Positions 26,762-37,042 of a DNA stretch of 64,000 bases are shown here, in pieces (within the stretch, counting starts at the first letter, position 1; each line of letters opens with the position of its first letter). Origin of the DNA: Octopus bimaculoides. Its lineage: Eukaryota. Under the pieces are notes generated by a model. It searched no databases, had not been told where the DNA came from, and saw only the letters and a program-made list of their open reading frames with translations. The stretch lies in assembly GCF_001194135.2 (NCBI RefSeq), contig NC_068983.1, positions 143,673,122 through 143,737,121 on the forward strand. The letters run 5' to 3'. The translations under genes were made by a program, and so were the position numbers.

Positions 26762-27692
26762 TATGCTCTGTTGATCTAAAAGGATAAAATTATTTAATTC
26801 TTAAATATGAGATTTATTTTGTTATTGACTCGGCATTTAAACAAAATATAAAATATCAATATAATTTTTAAAAGTGAATATTAAATTATCCAATTAAAAA
26901 TTTTTCGATCGGTTTGTAAAATAAAGGGAGATGAATGAAATCGAAAGTTATCTCGTTACTTCCCTTACACCATCGTATGGCTTCCTTGGTTACATCCAAG
27001 TCTTTAAACATTAATTTCGTCTATCCGCCCCGTTTTTAAGCATATTTTAATGGAATTATTAACTTCATTATATCGCCCTTTATGTTATATAATATCATTT
27101 AAATCTGTTTTCTTTAACAAGACACTTCTTGTTTCATACCAATTCCTCTATATAACTACATTTTTTTTTAATAATAATTTCTAAGTAACCGCTCACCAAT
27201 TAAATCATGTTTCATTCATATGACGAGTCTTAAATTTTGTATATCATATCCTTTCGATATAGTGACCGACAAATTACATTTTACTCATCTTGCTACAGTT
27301 CAAACTTTTGGAGAAGCTGAGCTGCTTGTCGCTAATCCCGAAGTTCATGACTTCTTTGGCTCGTTTGACAAATGTGGCAGCTCGTGAATGGTTCATGGCT
27401 GTTCCAGCGTCTCAGCCTTGCACTCGTTTGTGTTAATGTTTTGTTAATATTATAGATTGATTCTTTTGATAAAGTGATTAACAGGATTACTATTAAAAGG
27501 CCCAATTAAACAACATTAATTATTACGGGAGATTGTGTTCCAGCGTCACTTAATAAGCAAAATTCTGAGAACTGTTCATAGTATAATGTCCAGTTATCAT
27601 CATTTCTTTATTAGGCATAAAGCCCTAAACACAGGCAGAGACTTCACAAGGACAGACTAGACCACAGTAGGGACAAAAAACATAAAACGAAT

Positions 27693-28039
27693 GTTGTTGT
27701 TGGCACTCCGTCGAGGGTTCAGTTGATCCGATCAACGGAACAGCCTGCTCGTGAAATTAACGTGCAAGTGGCTGAGCACTCCACAGACACGTGTACGCTT
27801 AACGTAATTCTCGAGGATATTCAGCGTGACAAGGCTGACCCTTTGAATTACAGGCACAACAGAAACAGGAAGTAAGAGTGATAGAAAGTTGTGGTGAAAG
27901 AGTACAGCAGGGTTCGCCACCATCCCCTGCCGGAGCCTCGTGGAACTTTAGGTGTTTTCGCTCAAGAAACACTCACAACGCCCGGTCTGGGAATCGAAAC
28001 CGCGAGTCTGCTGTCCTAACCACTGGGCCATTGCGTCTC
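27693..28039 (-). mobile_element. tRNA-derived SINE family 3, near full length
   Basis: Minus head gcaatggcccagtggttagg...gtttcgattccc. Copies at 30716-31002 (minus), ~28730-29010 and ~22385-22635 (plus). Confidence 0.8.
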
Positions 28040-28248
28040 AAAAAAAAAACGTATGTAAATGAGATGAAATTATATAAATATGAAGATGGGCCCCACTTCT
28101 GTGCAGTACCATTTGAACCGTTATATACCCCATTATCTACAATTGTTCTTTGTTTTTTTCCTTTTTCACCATTATTTTTCCTAAAGATAACAAAACATTT
28201 TACTCTTCTTTTCTTTTTTACTACAATTTAACATACTTATTTTTCTTT

Positions 28249-28734
28249 TCAATAATACTTCATTAGTAGTTCAATGTCTCTTAGTTCCACTACTGGTAGC
28301 AACTCTTTCAATTCCACCCTCACTCCTGGTGGGTAAACTTTATCTCCACACATCTTCAACTTCTTGTAGTTATCCTTTTCAATCACTATTGCTTTCATAT
28401 CCTCTGCATATATGTATGATGGCACCTTTACTCTTACTATTGATTGAAACTTAATTATCTTCTTTTCTGTTTCTAAATTTTTTGGGTACGTCACATAATA
28501 CCATACTCCATTTCCTCCACGTATTTTCTTTCCTTTATCTTGGACTCTTTGTTCTCTCTTTTCTTCCTCCATTCTAGATAGTCTCTCCATCTCACCCTCG
28601 TACAGTTGGATTTCCAAATCTTTCTCCACTGGAACAACCGGTATCTTTACTGGTAACTCCACTTTCTTTTTACTTTCTTTTTCTGTCACCCTTTTATCTT
28701 CCTTCCTACTGACCTCCTTCACAGTTTCATAAGG
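28249..28734 (-). other. Orphan open frame of 162 codons with its 5' end cut by a SINE
   Basis: Stop-free 486 nt in AT-rich intergenic DNA; the upstream stop comes from SINE sequence; no recognised family. Confidence 0.5.
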
Positions 28735-31700
28735 TCATGAGTTCAATTCCCAGTGATGCATTGTGTCCTTGAGCAAGACACTTTATTTCACGTTACTTCA
28801 GTCCACTCAGCTGGCAAAAATGAGTAGTACCTGTATTTCAAAGGGCCAGCCTTGTCACACTATGTGTCACAGTGAATCTCCCTGAGAACTACATTAAGGG
28901 TATACATGTCTGTGGAGTGCTCAGCCACTTGCACGTTAATTTCACAAGCAAGCTGTTCCATTGATCGTATCAGCTGGGATCCTCACCGTCACAACCAATG
29001 GAGTACTCCTAGAAAAAGCCTTAAAAACAAAATATTTAGCTCACCTGTAATTTATTAGTAGAACTAGTTGCCATAAATATGTTCCAACATGGATATTAGT
29101 TTATCTGATTTAATCAAGCCTTTAATAACATCACAACCAATGATTCTGTGGACAATTAAAAAGGATGTTGAAGAATTTGTAAACAAGATATACATATATA
29201 CAGTTGTATAAAATATATTTATTACTGAACATTTACCAAAGCTAATATTTTGAATCACTATCAATTCAAATGTTCATATATGTAAGATAATAAGGATGGC
29301 TGTCAAAATGTTAGTTTACCTCTGTATGTTGTGAACAGATACATTAACTGGACAGATAGTAGATCTCACTGAAATTACTGCTGGCATATATAACAAATAT
29401 GGTAATGGGAAAGAACTTATCTCTTCATGCTAAAGTGGCAGTGGTAGTTGAAAGGAAGGTCTTCTCTGCTGTGTTGTCATTGCTGGAATGAACTTTTTGT
29501 CTCTCCTTATATTAAGAAGTTAAAATGATTTAATGAGAAACAAGTCTGAAAGGGCAAACTGAATTTTCTAAAGCAGGTTTTCTGTCTTCAACACAAATGA
29601 CTTGATGACAAGGTTGATAGGAAAAACGGTGGGAAAATGAGCTAAGATCCATTGTAAGCAAATCAAATCTTGTCAAAATTTCTTGTTACAAGAGTATTTG
29701 GTTACAGATGGAATCTCAATACAGGATTAAATCTGCTGCAACTGATCCCTTTTTTCTGTCCATGGAAGTATTGTATATGAAGACAAGGTGTTTACATATT
29801 TTTATGGTATACTATATACTGTGCAATAACATTGAAACAAAGTACTGTTCATACTAGTAATTTATTCAAATAGATTCCATCCAGTAGACTTCCTCTCAGT
29901 TCCTACCAACCCAAAATTATGGTAAAAGTCTTTTGCCCAGATTGCTGTACAGTGGAATCAAACCCACTATGTCAGCAACAATGCTCATGCTCATTGTTGG
30001 ACAAAAAAAAATGGATGTGTAACAAGAGGATGTAATTAATGAATTAATGCAACAAGAGAAAAATCAAGTATAGGAAGGATATTTGGATGTGTGCATGTAA
30101 GAAAATTTGAAATATAAAAATGTATGTTTTACATGAAGGTAACGATGAATATCAGAAGGCAATGTTTTTGGTTAACAAACATAACAATTTATTTCTGGAT
30201 CACACATGAAGTAGCAGGCACATCAGAGATAAGCATTCAAGACAATAAGGTGTAGTGAGACAAAAGTTAATTCTTTCACCCACATCAAGGTAATTAGCTA
30301 GCACCACATAAAAAGCATCCATGCTGGCCCCACAAAAAAAGCTCCCATTCTGGCATCACATAAAAAGCACCCAGTACACTCTGTAAAGTGGTAAGCATGC
30401 CCTCTGTAAAGGGCATCCAGCTAGAGAAATGCTAAAAAAGACAATTGGATCCTTGTGCAGCTCTCCAGCTTGCCAGGTCCTGTCAAACTATCCAACCCAG
30501 ACCAATATGGAAAATGGATGTTAAATGGTAATTACGATGATGATATGTGTGTGCATATGTGTATCATCATCATCGTCATTTCATGTCATAACAAAAAGAA
30601 TGCGACAACTGGTTAGTGCAGTCCTAACACCTTTATGCCAAGAAAAATAAAACAAAAAGGAAATAGGGTGAGAACACTTTCCTTCATAGGTCTTTTCAAT
30701 CAGAGGTTGTTTGTTTTTGTTGGCACTCCGTCGCTTACGACGTCGAGGGTTCCAGTTGATCCGATCGACAGAACAGCCTGCTTGTGAAATTAACGTGCAA
30801 GTGGCTGAGCACTCGACAGACACGTGTACCCTTAACATAGTTCTCGGGGATATTCAGCGTGACAGTGTGACAAGGCTGACCCTTTGAATTACAGGCACAA
30901 CAGAAACAGGAAGTAAGAGTGAGAAAAAGTTGTGGTGAAAGAGTACAGTAGGGTTCGCCACCATCTCCTGCCGGAGCCTCGTGGAGCTTTAGGTGTTTTC
31001 GCNNNNNNNNNNNNNNNNNNNNNNNNNNNNNNNNNNNNNNNNNNNNNNNNNNNNNNNNNNNNNNNNNNNNNNNNNNNNNNNNNNNNNNNNNNNNNNNNNN
31101 NNNNNNNNNNNNNNNNNNNNNNNNNNNNNNNNNNNNNNNNNNNNNNNNNNNNNNNNNNNNNNNNNNNNNNNNNNNNNNNNNNNNNNNNNNNNNNNNNNNN
31201 NNNNNNNNNNNNNNNNNNNNNNNNNNNNNNNNNNNNNNNNNNNNNNNNNNNNNNNNNNNNNNNNNNNNNNNNNNNNNNNNNNNNNNNNNNNNNNNNNNNN
31301 NNNNNNNNNNNNNNNNNNNNNNNNNNNNNNNNNNNNNNNNNNNNNNNNNNNNNNNNNNNNNNNNNNNNNNNNNNNNNNNNNNNNNNNNNNNNNNNNNNNN
31401 NNNNNNNNNNNNNNNNNNNNNNNNNNNNNNNNNNNNNNNNNNNNNNNNNNNNNNNNNNNNNNNNNNNNNNNNNNNNNNNNNNNNNNNNNNNNNNNNNNNN
31501 NNNNNNNNNNNNNNNNNNNNNNNNNNNNNNNNNNNNNNNNNNNNNNNNNNNNNNNNNNNNNNTATTCGTGCGGGTGACACGTAAAAGCACCCACTACACT
31601 CTCTGAGTGGTTGGCGTTAGGAAGGGCATCCAACTGTAGAAACTCTGCCAAATCAGACTGGAGCCTGGTGTTGCCATCCGGTTTCACCAGTCCTCAGTCA

Positions 31701-31926
31701 AATCGTCCAACCCATGCTAGCATGGAAAGCGGACGTTAAACGATGATGATGATGATGGTGATATATATATATATATATATATATAAATAATTTGGGAAAA
31801 CAAATTTCCAAATCAATCAGGTGTAACACTACAGCATTATATGCATCTACATATCATACTTTGGGGTCTTATTTATCGTATATTTATATATTTATCTATA
31901 AATATACTAAGTATCTGATAAAAGCC

Positions 31927-32115
31927 AATATTCAATTTCTGGGGATTAATTGATATGCGGGTATTCTATTTCAGATAATACAAAAATAACCTAATGAGTA
32001 TATCTGACAGTAAACTGATACCATGAGTTTACTGTCAGACATACCCATTAGGTTATTTTTGTATTATCTGAAATAGAATACTCGCATATCAATTAATCCC
32101 CAAAAATTGAATATT
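31927..32115. repeat. Inverted repeat, 90 bp arms, 9 nt spacer, 4 mismatches
   Basis: Checked base by base: 31927-32016 versus 32026-32115. Confidence 0.95.
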
Positions 32116-32137
32116 TATATATATATATATATATATC

Positions 32138-33554
32138 TGCCCCTCAGCCCGGGCTACTCAATGGACAGAAAGACCGATTTTATGACACCCTCTTGCAGAC
32201 TACCTTGTTGACGAATGACAGGGACCTTCTCTTTGTGGCTGGTGACTTCAATGGACATGTTGGACAACATTCAGGGAGCTTCCATGCCGTACATGGAGGC
32301 TATGGCTTTGGTTCCCGCAATGAGGAGGGAACCAGGCTGCTGGAATTCTGTGATGCAAGTGACCTTATGCTTTGCAATACTAACTTCAGGAAACCTGCCA
32401 GTCACCTAGTCACCTACCGTTCTGGCAGCCACACTAGCCAAATTGACTATATCCTCACCAGGAAAAGGGAAAGATGGCTGCTTATAAATGCCAAAACCTT
32501 CCCAGGTGAAGAATGTACCCCACAACATAGACTAGTAGTTAGTGACTTCAGGATCAGGGCTAAGTGGTTGCCCAGAAGACGACCAGCATGAAGGAGAAGG
32601 GTCTGAAAGCTCAAAGATCCTGTGAATAGACAGAGATTTGGAGACTTATTACTCAAAGCCTTTGATGAAATAGAAGGGGATATAGCTTCACACGATGCAG
32701 AAGACAATTGGAGGTTTCTACGGGACAACCTGCTGAGGGACACTGACCAGATCTGTGGATGGTGCAAAGTCCCCTCTCGACCTAAAATAAGGTGGTGGTG
32801 GAACAATGTTGTTGACAGGGCTATTAAACAAAAGAAACGGGCTTGGAAGGACTAGAAGAACAGTGGTAGCAGGGAATTGTATCAGACTGCCAGAAGGGAA
32901 GCTAGGTGACAGGTTTATTTAGCCAGAGGGGAAGCAGATAAGAAAAAATTTGCCAATGTTCTGCGCTGTGAGGACCAAAGACTTGAGGTATTTTGTGTTG
33001 CAAGACAGTGTGTGAGAGAGAATTGTGATGTCGTGGAAGAGAAATGTGCTCGCATGGATGATGGTACACTTGCATTAAACGAGGCTGCAAAGAAAGAGGT
33101 TGGAGATGCCACTACGAAAGGTTGCTCAATAAAGAGAATGAATGGGAGAAAGAGAGTCTACCGAATGTCGACCCAACAGAGGGACCAGCTATCTGAGTTG
33201 ACAGTACCATGGTAGATAAAGCAATTAAGAGTATGAAGACAGGGAAAGCCCCCAGCCCATCAGGAATCACTGCAGAGATGCTTAAAATATCTGGCAGTGT
33301 CGGCTATAGCCTAATCACCCGTATTGTTAACCAGTTGATACACGAAGGAGTCATACCCAATAACTGGTGTAACAGCCCCATAGTTGTGGTGTGCAAGAGA
33401 GACGATTGTACTGGTATGGTCATGTGACGAGAATGGACGAGGATAGCTGTGTGAAAAAGTGTTACAACCTAGCGGTTGAGGGAACCTGTGGAAGAGGTAG
33501 ACCCAGGAAGACCTGGGATGAGGTGGTGAAGCATGACCTTCGAACATTAGGCCT
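32138..33554 (+). mobile_element. RTE-clade LINE, internally deleted (APE, linker, RT start, 3' end)
   Basis: VAGDFNGHVG, SQIDYIL, KTGKAPSPSGITAEMLK; 3' GRPRKTWDEVVKHDL; stops and frameshifts. Confidence 0.9.
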
Positions 33555-33959
33555 TCCATGCTAGCATGGGTTGGACGATTTGACTGAGGACTGGCGACCC
33601 AGATGGCTGCACCAGGCTCCAATCTGATCTGGCAGGGTTTCTACAACTGGATGCCCTTCCTAACGCCAACCACTCCAAGAGTGTAGTGGGTGCTTTTATG
33701 TGCCACCGGCATGAGGGCCAGTCACACGGTACTGGCAACGACCTCGCTCAAAAGGTGTTTTTTATGTGCCACCTGCATGGGAGCCAGTCCAGGGGCACTG
33801 GCAATGACCTCGCTTGAATGTTTTTTCACATGCCACCGGCACAATTGCCAGTAAGGCGACGCTGGTAACGATCACGCTCAAATGGTGCTATCTACGTGTC
33901 ACTGGCACGGAAGCCAGACAGCTCCTCTAGCAATGATCACACTCAGACAGTGCTATTAG

Positions 33960-34230
33960 TGCTCCACTGGCACGGGTGCCAGTCATCAAATTTGGTTCAA
34001 TCACGATTTCAATTTCACTTGCCCCAACAGGTCTTCGCAAGCCAAGTTTAGTGTCCAATGAAGGAGAGGTTGGCATGGATGCCAGTCGTCGAATTTGGTT
34101 CGATTTCATTTGCCTCAACAGGTCTTCACAAGCAGAGTTTAGTGTCCAATGAAATAAAGGTACACATAAGTGGGCTGGCTATTTTCCTGGCAGAGGCTTT
34201 GGATTATGGTCTCACTTGGCTTGCCAGGTC
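33960..34230 (-). mobile_element. RTE 3' UTR fragment with internal duplication
   Basis: Matches the 13860-13990 tail; caacaggtcttc...gtttagtgtccaatgaa is repeated. Confidence 0.55.
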
Positions 34231-36553
34231 TTCTCACATGATTGTTTATTTTGAGAATGATATTGGAGGGTAGATGTAAAAGGCTGGTTATAGCCAGTTT
34301 GAACATAAAATGGGTAGAATATTTTGGCCAGATATGGCTGGTTTAAATGCTGAAGGGTTAAGTGGCTACAAGCAGTTAAAAAATATTTAGAAACAGTTTT
34401 ATACTTCTTTTTTATGTCACCAGAGTCTGCAAAGTCATACACATTCCTAAGGTTCTTTTTAAGCATTATATAAAATCATTTTAAGTGGAATAACAGCATT
34501 GTTTAATAGACGTAGATTTTCCAATTATACTGTGGCAGGGATTTGAAACCTAACTGCTAGATACTTGGATCAGACACAAGGAAGCCACTACAGTTTCTCA
34601 CAATAGGTCTATAAATTGACCTATCAGCATGAGGCTGTGGTGTGGTATGGTTTTCTTGAATGTTATACAATTTAACCTTTTCTCTCCTATAAAAACAGCT
34701 TCTGGTGCTCAATTCATCACAGAATGTTGTCGGTGGATGACTGATTCATGTGCCTCCTTTCTTGGCAGGTAGATGGCCAATGGACTGCTGAGACTACAGG
34801 TCACCTTTGAGTTTTGCACAGATGTATTTTCAGTATTTTGGACTGACTACATGAGGTCATAAGATAGCTTTCTATATTTTCAGAGCAGCTTTTCTTTCTC
34901 TCCCATTCAACAATTATTAATATTGTTCGTTATAACTAGCTAACACCAAATATCATTATGTCTGGTAATATCAAGTTAGATGTTCATGAGTTTGCTCCAG
35001 CAATTATTCTCATAGCCAACAACATCCACTTGTACACTACAATGTTAATAAAGCCATCCACTTCATCAACGACGATGCATACTTCTGAAGTTTATCTTCA
35101 TTGACCAGCTTAACCCAAGTGACAACCAAACCCTTGTGACAACACAATCATTTTATATGAAAACTCTCTAATAAATAACAAATGAAATAAAACAGTAAAT
35201 AATTATAATCAACATACTAATATTAGTTTCAAATTTTGGAACAAGGCCAGTAATTTCAGAGAGGGGTTAAGTTGATTACATCAATCCCAAAAATCAACTG
35301 GTACTTATTTTATTGACCTTGAAAGGATGAAAGGCAAAGTTGACTGTGACAGAATTTGAACTTGGAATATAAAGATGAATGGAATGCTGATATGCATTTT
35401 ATCCAGTGTGCTAACAATCTTGCCTGCTCATTTCCTTAATCAACACACTAATATTAATACAAAAGGGTAAAGACCCCCTTCTGTCATGAATGACAATGGT
35501 ACTGTACCTAGAAAGTTACCCTCTGAGGCATAAGTCTGGGCAAAGTTGTTTATGGAAGACCAACAGTCACCTGTGCAAACAAGTCTCCCCCTTTCACGCC
35601 ACCAATGTTATCCAAGGGAAAAGCAAAGGCTGACACAGCTTGGCACCAGTGATGTCGCAACTCATTTCTACAGCCAAGTGAACTGGAGCAAAGAGAAATA
35701 AAAGAGTCTTGCTCAAGAACACAATCTCATAATTGTGAGTTGACACTCTAACTACTGAGCTATGTGCCTTCACAATATTTATATACATGCTTTTAAAATA
35801 CATCTTCACTACAGAAAATGAACATATATGTTGCAGATTGCATTTTCAATTCAAATGCTTTCTCCTGACGATCTAGCATCCTCAACATGGCAACATTTAA
35901 TCTTAGTGTTCCGGGTGAAAAAATACTTCAAGCACATAAAAGTTACAATTAACAGGATATAAAGTTCAAGTAAGACACCCACAGCTCCCATTTGTGATAG
36001 CACAGTTGTTGCATATAGGTATCCTAGAGCACATCTCCCAAAAGTCCAACAGATTGATTTGTCTTGCAATGGCTCACCAATAACCAAAGACGTACTGTTA
36101 TTTTCTGTCTTTTCTACCCCAACTACAATAACTTATGTATTTTCAGAAATAGCTCATCTTGTGTCACCACCACTCAACCCCACCCAATTAACTCGTCATA
36201 CATGTTGTTTTCTTAGTAACCACTAGAAACACTTCTTTTTTTCACCTGGAATTCCCTCGCTGTCGTAAACTTGCACTTGTTTAAGAACATCAATCACGCC
36301 GATTTCACCTTGACGGAGATGTGAATGAAATATTCTAAAGCTAATATGGATAGCTTTAAAATATTCAATTCTACCAAACAAATAAATATAACATAATGTG
36401 CTAGTATTTACGAAACAAATTCCATGCCTAAGAACAAGGAACAGAATAACTTGGGGTAACTAAGTAAAACACTATTAATTCAAGTTAAACGAAAGTATTC
36501 TTAAAGCCTGACTAATCAGAACACAGCTTTCAATCTGCTGTTGAGAAAAGTAG

Positions 36554-36631
36554 CCAATCAGCGTCTTATTTATATTCACACATAAAGTGTTAGTCTGCTC
36601 TATTGACGTCATTGTATACTATAATGGCGGA
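36554..36631 (+). promoter_or_regulatory. SLC25A32 promoter: CCAAT box, CRE, YY1-like motif
   Basis: CCAAT 36554-36558, TGACGTCA 36604-36611, AATGGCGG 36623-36630; CpG-rich. Confidence 0.6.
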
Positions 36632-36768
36632 CGCACCTGTGAGTTCGTCCGTCTCCACGAAATTGTTGTGTCAACGAGCCAGAACATACTGCTTTTTTAA
36701 TGCAGTTTTTATATGATAACCACAAGGAAACATTTTCTTTCGTTAAGTAAGTTGATTGCTAAAATATC

Positions 36769-37042
36769 ATGTCTAAAGTTGCGACGGCCGCAACTGCTGT
36801 GGCAGTAATGGATGCTTCAAACGTGAAATCTAAAGTTTCTGTCCAGAACACATCAAATAACAACCGTTTACTTGGCTTGGCGGCCGCTACCGGTTCCTCA
36901 TCGACCTCTTCAACATCTCCATCGCGACCTCGACCAATAGTGAGGTGGCGTGACATGGAACATCTGGTTGCTGGCATCAGTGGTGGAGTACTTTCGACCC
37001 TAGTTTTACACCCGTTAGATCTGGTCAAAATAAGGTTTCAAG
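36769..37042 (+). CDS. SLC25A32: Mitochondrial folate/FAD carrier exon 1
   Basis: [28 protein letters not shown] with the Px[DE]xx[KR]x[KR] carrier signature; donor CAAG|gtaagg, phase 1. Confidence 0.9.

Noticed and set aside
27995-28039. tRNA-like A/B boxes here and at other SINE heads
   Set aside because: No complete cloverleaf; they continue into multi-copy SINE bodies.
28065-28135. GAHLHIY as a HUH rolling-circle motif next to the orphan frame
   Set aside because: Only ~30 codons after a stop; no other Rep motifs.
35040-35085. Minus-strand VCIVVDEVDGF resembling the RFC1 Walker B (DEVDG)
   Set aside because: Short frame bounded by stops, wrong side of the gene, no flanking AAA+ similarity.
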